Positions 52,801 through 64,000 of a stretch of DNA of 64,000 nucleotides are shown piece by piece. Where the stretch lies: assembly GCF_006345805.1 (NCBI RefSeq), contig NC_043014.1, positions 44,826,001 to 44,890,000 on the forward strand, in the 5' to 3' direction. Source of the stretch: Octopus sinensis. Its lineage: Eukaryota. A model generated the notes under the pieces. The model was not told the origin of the DNA, searched no databases, and saw only the letters and a list, made by a program, of their open reading frames with translations. Positions within the stretch are counted from its first letter, which is position 1, and each line of letters opens with the position of its first letter. The translations under genes and the position numbers were made by a program.

Positions 52801-54170
52801 CTCTTGGAGTAGCTGTTGGCAGCAAATGGATCTCTTGACCAGCGGACCTTGTCACTTGCACCAGAAACAACAGAGTATATTCTTTCATCTGGTCAGATAT
52901 TTCCCTGAAACAAGTTGCAACAGTTAGATGGTAGTACATCAAAATATAGACATGAGTTACTCCTATCCAGTTTTCAGAAATAGCTTCTTCTCAGCCCATT
53001 CACAACCTCTTGAAACAGGATGAAAGGTCTGTAACACTTGAGGGGTGCAGGTCTCATCGCTTAAACTATTTGTCGAAGGAAAAGCCAAGACTTTGAATAT
53101 CTTCAACAACATAAATATTCTTTATTTTTCTGGATTCACAATAATATATATATATATATATATATTTCCTTCAGGGTGAACCGGTAGCTATGGAGCTAGT
53201 TGCTGTAGTTAAGTGGTGTGAACCAAATCCTGTTTTGTTCCAGCATAGAGTAGCTTCACCACGTGGTGGCAGCTTGGGATAGCTGTGAGCTTTGAGAGAG
53301 ATCGATACATGGGAAGTTTTGCTGCTGGTAGTTCTCTGTGTCACTACACTCTTCTCAGTTTTAACCCATGTGGTGATATGATTTGAACTACATCTCCCAA
53401 GGATTTCTAATACTAGCCAGAAGGTTTTAGGGGCCTTGTGCTTATTTGTTAACCCTTATGGCTACAAGAGACCTTTATGGAGGTATTTGTTGGGAGAAAG
53501 CTATATATGGTCATAATTTATTGAAACAGCTGTGTGTAGTTGCATAATATAGCTAATTACTTTATTAATTATTAACCCTTTAATATTCATACCGGTAATA
53601 TCTGGCCCATAATATTCTCTCTGTTTTATGTTCAGGCCAGCCAGATCCAGCTTCTCACACCTGCTCTATAATGTCAGTTTAAAATTAAATGGTCACATCA
53701 TCAAAACTTTGAAGCCAAGAGATAATGCAGAATTAATTAAAAAAAACTATGTGATTAAACAAGCATCACGTCTGACAGAGTAATCTGAATGCTAGAGAGT
53801 TAAGAGAAGAAAGACAGTTAACTCTGATTGGGCTTAAAATCAGATCTTTGAAGGGCTGGGGGAAAAAAAAACTAAATACAGTAGAGTACATTATTATATA
53901 TGGGGGTTCTACTCTTTCACATCCCCTTTGAATCCTAGTATTTAACCTTAACAACAATAAAACAAGCACTACAATAACAACACTGATGACAACAGGGCTG
54001 GGTTTTTTTCTTCTTTAATTATTCTTTTTATTTATTCATGAAATTGTAATTTTAGAATTCCACATGAATGTTACAAAATTCCTCGTTTTGTTTAACGAAT
54101 TTTTTTTCTAGTTGTTGGTGCTAGACCACACCTAAATTCCACTGAGCTGTGTGTGTTTTCTCTTTATTGC

Positions 54171-54255
<85 letters not shown>

Positions 54256-54265
54256 TATTATCATT

Positions 54266-54306
<41 letters not shown>

Positions 54307-54309
54307 TAT
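54171..54309. repeat. (ATT)n-(ATC)n trinucleotide microsatellite
   Basis: Direct inspection. Confidence 0.95.
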
Positions 54310-54894
54310 TTCCTCTTCTTCTCCAAGACTGGAATGTGTCAGAAGGAAACCAATTTGAGACTTTCTATTCAATACTATAAAAATGTTCCATATAACACCC
54401 TCCCAAAAAATAGCTAAGGTCCAGATCTCGTTTCAAGATAGTTGTTCCAGACACCAAACACAGACAAACTAAACATTTAATATGAATGTTTTTTTCCCTA
54501 CTTTTCATTTCACAAAATTTCAGAAATGTTTTTATTTCTTTTTTCATTTTTTATTTTTTCCTTCTTTAATTAAAATTAAATATTAGATTAAATGAATCAG
54601 ATAAAATGTTTACGGTATTAATACAAATATTCTGTTTGTAAGCATTGGACTAAATGATTACGCCGCTATAATTGTTTATAGCCCTGGGTCAACATTGATT
54701 AAGAAGAACTATAACCAAAAGCTTTCCAACCATGTCCATCCCATCTGTTATTCTGGCATAGTGTTATCTGGGATTATATTATCTAAAGTGTTCTTCCTTT
54801 TAAAAAAAACAGGGAGATTTGGCTGTCAATTTTAGTGGATTAAACAACTATGTGTGGAGGCGCAATGGCCCAGTGGTTAGGGCAGTGGACTTGC

Positions 54895-55936
54895 AGTATG
54901 CCAAGTGACATCACTGTGTTTGCTTTGCAGTGTGTATGCTGTAGTCTGGACAGGAACGAAGAGCCAACATGAAATTTTGCATTAAACTTGGGAAGTCTGC
55001 TATAGAGATATCAAGCATGCTTCGGCTAGCTTATGGCAATGAAGCAATGGGTTGTATGCAATGTTCCAAGTGGCATGGGCACATAAAAAGGAGAACATTC
55101 CTGGAAGATGGTGAACGATCTGGAAGACCTGCCGTGAGCGTCACCCCTGGAAATATCGAGAGTTTTACTGCAACGTTTTGGAGCATTTGGGGAAGTGCAT
55201 TCGGTGAAAGCGACCAGATTTGTGGAGCATCAAAAATTGGATTCTTCATGACGACAATGCACCCTGTCACTGAGCTCTCCTCACGCATGAGTTTGTTGCC
55301 AGAAACAACATGTTATTGCTTCTGCACCTACCCTCTTTGCCAGATTTAGCACCTGCAGACTTCCACCTCTTCCTCAAGGTGAAAATGCAGCTCAGAGGTT
55401 GCCATTTTAAAACTGTCCTCGAGAGCCAGAGCAAATTGCAGAAGGTCCTCAACTTGCTTACAGAAAATGACTGCCAGGCTGGATTCCAAAAATGGTAGGA
55501 AAGCTAAGACTGGTGCATTGCTGTGCAAGGTGACTATTTCAAAGGATATGATGTTAAAACTTTGGTAAAGGTAAAGAGGAGGCGCAATGGCCCAGTGGTT
55601 AGGGCGGCAGACTGACAGTTGAAGGATCGTGGTTTCAATTCCCAGACCGGGCGTTGTGCGTGTTTATTGAGCGAAAACACCTAAAGCTCCACGAGGCGAC
55701 CCCTGTTGTACTCTTTCACCACAACTTTCTCTCACTCTTTCTTCATGTTTCTTGAGTAACGCTGTGATGGACTGGCATCCCATCCAGCTGGGGGGAACAC
55801 ATACGCCACAGAAACCGGGAAACCGGGCTCATGAGCCTGGCTAGGCTTGAAAAGGGCGCATATAAAAAAAATTAATAAAGGTAAATAAGTTATTTTAATT
55901 AAGCATAATTAGTCCTGTAACTTTTTGACACCACCT

Positions 55937-55938
<2 letters not shown>
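54895..55938 (+). mobile_element. Degenerate mariner transposon (SINE inserted at 55578-55862)
   Basis: KFCIKLGKS...LEDGERSGRP, HDDNAP and PDLAPADFHLF motifs with frameshifts. 3' TIR-like end ...ctttttgacaccaccttg|ta. Confidence 0.8.
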
Positions 55939-55992
<54 letters not shown>

Positions 55993-57650
55993 TAAACAGA
56001 TCCAAGCTGACAGTAGAAGGGTAATTGGGTAAGAGAGAATGAGAGAGAGAGGGGGGATGGGGAGATGTTGGAAGGGGTACATAACTGTCATTGTTTGGTT
56101 GCAAGGTCAATTAATAAGGTCAACTCACTCTTACTCTTTCACTCATTATCTGTCTGTGAAGTTTTCTGTCTCTCTCACCCTCTATCCGTCTGTCTGTTTG
56201 TCAATCAGCCCATCTATGTTATTGTGTATCATGAGAGTTAGAACTGTTTTGTTTTTGTTCCTTCTCGAGCCATGCCTGGCTCATAAGGGCCGGTTTCCCG
56301 GTTTCTTGGCATATAGGCTCCCCACCTGGATGGGACACCGGTCCATCGCAGGTGAGCTGCAAGATGCAGGAGGAAAGAGTGAGAGAAAGTCGTGGCGAAA
56401 GAATCAGCAGAAGTTCGCCGTTACCTTCTGCCAGAGTTGCGTGGAGCTTAGGTGTTTCACTCATAAACACACACATCGCCTGGTCTGAGATTCAAACCCG
56501 CGATCCCTTGACCGTGAGTCCACTTGAGCCATGCCTGGCTCATAAGGGCTGGTTTCCTTGGCATATAGGTTCCCCACCTGAACGGGACGCCAGTCCGTCA
56601 CAGGTGAGCTGCAAGATGAAGGAGGAAAGAGTGAGAGAAAGTTGTGGCGAAAGAATCAGCAGAAATTTCGCCATTACTTTCTGCCGGAGCCGCGTGGAGC
56701 TTAGGTTGTTTCACTCATAAACACACACATCGCCCGGTCTGAGATTCGAACTCGCAATCCCTCGACCATGAGTCCGCTGCTCTAACCACTAGGCCATGTG
56801 CCTCCACAGTTAGAACTGTGACAGTAAGCAATTGAGAATCTGTGTTCAAGTATTCACTTCTAAAACACAGTACAGGAACGAAAATTATCTGTCTGTCTGT
56901 CTATCAATCTGTCTGTGTGTCCGTCAATTCATCTTTCTACATTTAAATGTATTGTAATAACCATGGCAAGGAACAATTGACAAGCTTTGTTCAAGTGATC
57001 ACTTCTAAAACAAAATAATGGAATGAAGATTACCAATTTCCACTTTAATAACAAAATTCATTTAGTACAAGTTCTAGTGTATGAGTGAAGGCAAGTAGCC
57101 CATTGTTTAGAGGCGTCTAGCTCATGATCACAAGGTTGTGGATTCAAGTCTTTGACAAGGTAGAGAATGACATCCTTGAGCAAGACACTTCATTCCATGT
57201 AGCTCCAGTCTACTTAGCTGCAATGAGTACCAGTCCTATACTAGTGCAGACACTGCCCTTTCTCTCTCGCACTCTCCCTTTCTAGCTGTCATGTCCAGGA
57301 TGTTTCACAGAAATAAAAGTGAGGTGATTGATAGGGTATCTAAAGCTTCCCATGAGCACATAGGCACTTAAAGCAATTAGCAAAAGCCTGGTACATGTCA
57401 CCAAACCATATTCACTTGTGAAAAATGGCTGGCTGAGTATGTAATACGTAGGTGTGAGTGTGTGCATGTATTTTCAAGTAAGTATGTATTTCCACACACA
57501 CATGTGGACGTATTTAAGGCTGTGTGTGTGTATAACAATCCTACAGATTCATCAAAACCCAAAAAGTGACATAGGCTTGGTGTGTATATTAAAAATATAA
57601 ATATATATATATATATATATAATATATATATATATGTGTATATATATATG

Positions 57651-57712
<62 letters not shown>

Positions 57713-57719
57713 ATATATA

Positions 57720-57781
<62 letters not shown>

Positions 57782-57830
57782 ATAATACATACCTATATAA
57801 TATACCACACACACACACACACACACACCA

Positions 57831-57879
<49 letters not shown>

Positions 57880-57977
57880 ACATATATATATATACACATA
57901 TATATATATTATTTATATTTAATATACACAAGCAAGCCTATGTCACTTTTTGGGTTTTGATGAATCTATAGGATTGT

Positions 57978-58028
<51 letters not shown>

Positions 58029-58032
<4 letters not shown>

Positions 58033-59452
58033 GAAATGTTAAAATAACTAAGTCTCTCTAAAAGAGAACAGCGGCAGCGTTCCCGAAAATAATAGTTATC
58101 GCCATACTAATATGGCATTCTTATAAAAATAAGAAAAAAGCTGTCCGCTTATTAGCTCCATGAGGCCATCGCCTTAAGTTAGCTATTTGATACACAACTG
58201 TATCCATATAACCTTCGAACAAGGGAGGTCAGTCGCTCCACACTACTTGACCGGCAGCTACAGACGCGTTTCGGGGTATTGCCCTTTTTCAATGCAGCGT
58301 AGCCAGCCAGTAGGTGTCGCTTCCGACAATCTCTGTTCGATGGTTTATTTACCTAGTTTCGGTGGAATACATCCACTTGTTTTCAATAATAGAAATGTTA
58401 AAATAACTAAGTCTCTCTAAAGAGAGAACAGCGGCAGCGTTCCCGGAAAATAATAGTTATCGCCATACTAATATGGCATTCTTATAAAAATAAGAAAAAA
58501 GCTGTCCGCTTATTAGCTCCATGAGGCCATCGCCTTAAGTTAGCTATTTGATACACAAACTGTATCCATATAACCTTCGAACAAGGTTATAACCCTTGTT
58601 CGAAGGTTATATGGATACAGTTTGTGTATCAAATAGCTAACTTAAGGCGATGGCCTCATGGAGCTAATAAGCGACAGCTTTTTTCTTATTTTTATAAGAA
58701 TGCCATATTAGTATGGCGATAACTATTATTTTCCGGGAACGCTGCCGCTGTTCTCTTTTAGAGAGACTTAGTTATTTTAACATTTCTATTATTGAAAACA
58801 AGTGGATGTATTCCACCGAAACTAGGTAAATAAAACCATCGAACAGAGATTGTCGGAAGCGACACCTACTGGCTGGCTACGCTGCATTGAAAAGGGGCAA
58901 TACCCCGAAACGCGTCTGTAGCTGCCGGTCAAGTAGTGTGGAGCGACTGACCTCCCTTGTTCGAAGGTTATATGGATACAGTTTGTGTATCAAATAGCTA
59001 ACTTAAGGCGATGGCCTCATGGAGCTAATAAGCGGACAGCTTTTTTTCTTATTTTATAAGAATGCCATATTAGTATGGCGATAACTATTATTTTCCGGGA
59101 ACGCTGCCGCTGTTCTCTTTAGAGAGACTTAGTTATTTTAACATTTCTATTATTGAAAACAAGTGGATGTATTCCACCGAAACTAGGTAAATAAAACCAT
59201 CGAACAGAGATTGTCGGAAGCGACACCTACTGGCTGGCTACGCTGCATTGAAAAGGGGCAATACCCCGAAACGCGTCTGTAGCTGCCGGTCAAGTAGTGT
59301 GGAGCGACTGACCTCCCTTGTTCGAAGGTTATATGGATACAGTTTGTGTATCAAATAGCTAACTTAAGGCGATGGCCTCATGGAGCTATAAGGCGGACAG
59401 CTTTTTTCTTATTTTTATAAGAATGAAGACGATGCCATATATAGTATGGCGA

Positions 59453-59458
<6 letters not shown>
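58029..59458. mobile_element. Penelope-pLTR/retrozyme-like ~360-bp tandem array with central inversion
   Basis: About 1.5 units on one strand, a palindromic junction at ~58589, then about 2.4 units on the other strand. Embedded in (TA)n, with a hammerhead motif in each full unit. Confidence 0.75.
58881..58922 (+). ncRNA. Minimal type-I hammerhead ribozyme, U3-A8 core variant
   Basis: gctgca|TTGAAAA|gggg-caata-cccc|GAAA|c-gc-GTC|tgtagc. Also at 59242-59283(+) and 58257-58298(-). Confidence 0.7.
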
Positions 59459-59511
<53 letters not shown>

Positions 59512-59561
59512 GTATACTACATACATACACATATATATATGTATATATATATATACATATA

Positions 59562-60446
59562 CACAGGATGCGGTGAATAAACTGTTATCTAACTTACGCA
59601 AAACTGAAAATAATGCTGACATCTCATTTTAACAGATATATTTACCAAAATTAAATTAAAATATCTTGAAATACTAAAGAGTAAATTTATTCAATAAATT
59701 CGCCATTGGCTTCAACCATGGCCTCCAGACGACTTTGGAATCTCATGCAGCTCTTCTGGATGGTTTTTTGTTTAAGTTGGTAAATGCTGCCATAATCCTT
59801 GCCGTCAGTTCATCTTTGGTGTTACAAGGAATTTTGTTGGTCTCTCGCTCAACTGCACCCCACACATAATAATCAAGGGAGTTACAGTCTGGGGAGTTAG
59901 GTGGCCAGATGTTAGGGGTGATGTGGTCGCAGAAATTGTATGACAGCCATGACTGGGTTCTCCTGCTTCTGTGGCATGGTGCAGAGTCCTGTTGCCAGAC
60001 ATTGGGTCTTCCAGCAGCCACCCTCTTGATCCAGGGCAGCACTATCTCCTCCAGGCACTTGAATTAGGCCTCTGTGTTAAGTCTGAGGCCGTGTAGGAAG
60101 ATGAATGGAGGCATAACGTCACCATCACTAATGATCACTGCAAACACCATAAAGTTGACTGGATGTTTGATTTTTATCACTCTTGGTACATGTTTTGGGG
60201 TTACAGCAAACACTCTGATTGAGACCCAGACACTCAGAAATAATTGTATTGGAGCTTCCAGGGTGAATGCCAAGCAGTACAGCATGTCGCTTCCAAATTT
60301 CTGGTAGAGTAAATTGCATCAGGGTGCTGTTTTTCTCACAGACAGTGCCCAACTGACCCTACTATACTGTGAAGTCAACAAAATCAAAAACAACGTGCAT
60401 ACATGAAATTAAAAATATAAAATGGTGACAATTTACCCATTGCAAC

Positions 60447-60451
<5 letters not shown>
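59562..60451 (-). mobile_element. Tc1/mariner DD37D (maT-type) internally deleted transposon
   Basis: CACAGG TIRs in TA sites. WQQDSAPCH...WPPNSPDCNSLD has 37 residues between the second and third Asp. Confidence 0.85.
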
Positions 60452-60490
<39 letters not shown>

Positions 60491-60831
60491 GTATAAGACC
60501 ATTATTTAAAATACGAATCTTATCAGGTGGCTAGCATGGGAATAAAAACCTCAAAGGTAATAATTAATTATTAAAATTATAATTAAGGGTATCTATTTTT
60601 TTTGCGCTAGGCCACTGGTAATAAAAAATTTCTATAATTCTTATTACCCTAATATTACTTATTATGTTTAAATGATTTTTGATAAATTTATTCAAGGTTT
60701 TTACTGGCATCCTCTCTGTTGCTGGAAATAAGCTGGGTCTGATCAGTGGATTTGAAAAGTTAGAATGTACAAATAATGAGTTTACATGTGGAATCAATCT
60801 CGTTGTGTGTATATTTGAAATCTAAAGGCTA

Positions 60832-60901
60832 CCTACTGATGAAGACTGGCCTCAGTAAATCTTTTTTTTTTACTGAAATAAGTCAGAAAGCATGGTCTAG
60901 G
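60832..60901 (+). ncRNA. Type-I hammerhead-like motif with canonical CUGAUGA core
   Basis: ccta|CTGATGA|a gact...agtc a|GAAA|gcatgGTC|tagg. Lies between ~75-bp direct repeats 483 bp apart (60595-60672, 61078-61152). Confidence 0.55.
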
Positions 60902-61433
60902 AACTAAATTAGATGGTAAATGTTTTTAATTTTCTTTCCTTCGAGAATTTATCCCTAATTAGTGGTTTGAGTTGTTTACTGCTCTTTCTAGTGCAAGGCT
61001 TTCCTATGATGGAAGCCTCTTAATGTGTTTTAATGTATACGATATTTCATATGAATAATATATAGTCTATTGGCTAATTTTTTTTTGCGCCAGGCCACTG
61101 GTAATAAAAAATTTCTATAATTCTTATTACCCTAATATTACTTATTATGTTTATATACATATGTATATATATACATACACACACACACTCCCACACACAT
61201 AAACAAATATATATATATACACACATACACAGAAAAAAAAAGAGACAAAGAGAGAAGGGTTAAGGAGAAGGCAAGACAAAGAATAACGTTTAAGTAACAG
61301 TTTGTAACACAATCTTTAGTTTTGGCTGTCGATTTATATTGTTCATTTTTTTCCCTTCTCATTCAAATATTCATTTCTAACATTGACACAAGGCCACACA
61401 CATCTTGTATATATAAATATATATGCACATATG

Positions 61434-61473
<40 letters not shown>

Positions 61474-61490
61474 CATATGTGCACACACAT

Positions 61491-61491
<1 letters not shown>

Positions 61492-61522
<31 letters not shown>

Positions 61523-62150
61523 TTAACGTCCGCTTTCCATGCTAGCATGGGTTGGACGGTTCAACTGGGGTCTGGGGAGCCCGAAAGCTGCACCAGTCCA
61601 GTCAGATCTGGCAGTGTTTCTACAGCTGGATGCCCTTCCTAACGCCAACCACTCCGAGAGTGTAGTGGGTGATTTTATGTGCCACCGACACAGGTGCCAG
61701 ACGAGGCTGACAAACGGCCACGCTCGGATGGTGTTTTTTATGTGCCACCGACACAGGTGCCAGACGAGGCTGGCAGACGGCCACGCTCGGATGGTGTTTT
61801 TTATGTGCCACCGACACAGGTGCCAGACGAGGCTGGCAGACGGCCATGCTCGGATGGTGTTTTTATGTGCCACCGACACAGGTGCCAGACGAGGCTGGCA
61901 GACGGCCACGCTCGGATGGTGTTTTTATGTGCCACCGACACAGGTGCCAGATGAGGCTGGCAAACGGCCACGATCGGATGGTGCTTGTTACGTGCCCACA
62001 GCACGGAGGCCAGTCGATGCGGTACTGGCTACGGCCACGTTCGGATGGTTTTCTTATGTGCCACGTGCCACCGGCACTGGTACCACAAAGATACAAATTC
62101 CATTGATGTTCATCTATTTTGATTTGTTTTGATTTGATTTTCACTTGCCT
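61492..62150 (-). mobile_element. RTE 3'-tail element (family C) with ~5 x 62-bp units
   Basis: Same tail as 10257-10433. Shorter copies at about 919-1045, 1338-1558, 5278-5523, 7737-7943, 8155-8400, 14595-14993, 20176-20620, 21826-21982, 24073-24417, 26607-27014, 28341-28682, 29132-29478, 39950-40324, 46721-47111, 52381-52777 and 62280-62446. Confidence 0.88.
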
Positions 62151-62938
62151 CATGCATGTATATGTATATATGTATGTATGTATGTATATGTATATGTACA
62201 TATAAATATGTATATATATATATATATTTGTACATATATATATACATATATATATATTTGTACATATATATATATATATACCCACTACACTCTTGGAGTG
62301 GTTGGCGTTAGGAAGGGCATCCAGCTGTAGAAACTCTGCCAGATCAGATTGGAGACAGGTGCAGCCATCTGGTTCCCCAGTCCTCAATCAAATCGTCCAA
62401 CCCATGCTTGCATGGTAAGTGGACATTAAATGATGATGATGATGATATATATATATATATATTTTACATACACATACACATGTGTTTGTGTGTGAAAATG
62501 TTAACAAAACTGAGATGTAAACAAGAGATATTATAAAGTTTGAGAAATATCCTGTACAATATATAGTTTCCATACCTATTGTTTGGCACCAAACTGAAAG
62601 AAGCCCGTCGTATATGTGTGTGTGTGTGTGTGTTTGTCTGTGTTTGTCTCCCCAACATTGATTGACAACCGATGCTGGAGTGTTTATGTCCCCGTAACCT
62701 AGCAGTTCGGCAAGAGAGACCAATAGAATAAGTACTGGGCTTACAAAGAATAAGTCTTGGGGTTGATTTGCTCGACTAAAAGGTGGTGCTCCAGCATGGC
62801 CGCAGTCAAATGACTGAAACAAGTAAAAGAGTAAAAGAGAGAGTATACATGCATATATGGATACAGGACGTCACCAACGGTGCAAATAATATGAACTATG
62901 TAAAGAAATGGGTTAAATATATAAACAACAATGGTGTG

Positions 62939-63017
62939 AGCGGTTTAGCCTATTGGTTCAGAGCACCACCACGCGTAATCACGGAGGTGTGAGTTCGAAT
63001 CTCATAGCCAGCCACCA
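62939..63017 (+). pseudogene. tRNA-like SINE head / tRNA pseudogene
   Basis: D-arm-like tagcctattgg, T-loop gagttcgaatctc, ends in cca. Followed by a family-A-like tail; acceptor stem is poor. Confidence 0.45.
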
Positions 63018-63819
63018 ACACTTTTAACGGTGGTACATCAGCATGGCCGCAGCTCTGAGCTGAAACTACAGGAAAAAAACAAGAAAATATGGAAAGCAGG
63101 ACAAGTAAACACAGAGAAAGGACCCGTCATTAGTTGTTGGTTGTCTATCTACTCCTCATATCGAACATCTAACGACAATATGAGTGTTCAAAGACAGTTG
63201 CTCCTACAAATTCTAAAATAAAATTTAGGATTTATGGAGGGTCAAAGTTGGGAACAAAAACATGACAGTGGAGACATACCAGGAAACCGAACAAAACCAA
63301 ACATGGAGGGTCGTTAGACCAGAATGAGAGGAAAAAAGTGAACACTGGGAGAAACATTTTTTTTGAAAAGAGAAAAGATAGAAGAGAGAGATATATATCA
63401 ACATTAGCAGCATCTCATGTAATGTTCACTTTTCCATGCATGTAGGGACCAGATGGAACTTTGATGAAGATTTCCAATGCTTGATGCCTTTCTTGTCACT
63501 AAACTTTAGCTGTTTTCAAGTATGGTAATACTTCCCCGTGGCTGACAAGTTTCTCATGGGAAACAGAAATGAACAGCATTGCTTGTATGATGGTGATGCT
63601 AATTCGCAACCATCACATGTCAAAACAAGAGTACACACACACATATATAAATATATATCATATATATATATATGATGATGATGATATATATATATATATA
63701 TTACATAATAAAACATATGGTATACACTGGGTAGCTTACCAGTAAGACACATTAACTTTCAACGTTTCTTGTGGTGATTAATAAATATTCTCATATCTTC
63801 CATTTCTCTCATTAACCAA

Positions 63820-63867
<48 letters not shown>

Positions 63868-64000
63868 ATATAAATATATATATATAGGGAGAGTTTACGA
63901 AAAAAACAAAAGACGAAGACAGGTGGTGTACAAAACAAACAGATGTATTAGTATAACGCTCAGGAATAGAAAAAGTATTTTACGTTTCGAGCCTATGCTC

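Overview
AT-rich, repeat-dense eukaryotic genomic DNA, most likely a coleoid cephalopod such as Octopus. That assignment is inferred from the SINE/LINE repertoire, the huge (TA)n tracts and TTAGGG repeats, and was not verified. The left half carries the 5' coding exons of a gamma-tubulin complex component 6 gene (TUBGCP6/GCP6) on the minus strand. I traced 14 GT-AG coding exons from the ATG at 28962 down to 2546, and the gene continues beyond position 1. All junction phases agree except one (exon 3/4). The rest is transposon-derived: several tRNA-headed SINE families, RTE and CR1 LINE 3' ends, piggyBac, mariner, DD37D and pogo relics, Merlin-type and TTAA MITEs, Helitron-like elements, microsatellites and a 100-N gap. 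The most notable signal is a set of at least six short element families carrying minimal type-I hammerhead-ribozyme motifs of the Penelope/retrozyme kind. They include a ~360-bp tandem-plus-inverted array with a covarying U3-A8 core (58029-59458) and a tRNA-headed SINE-like element ending in a hammerhead (12228-12427). Most ORF-track entries are spurious repeat or microsatellite translations. All homology calls come from recalled motifs, not database searches.
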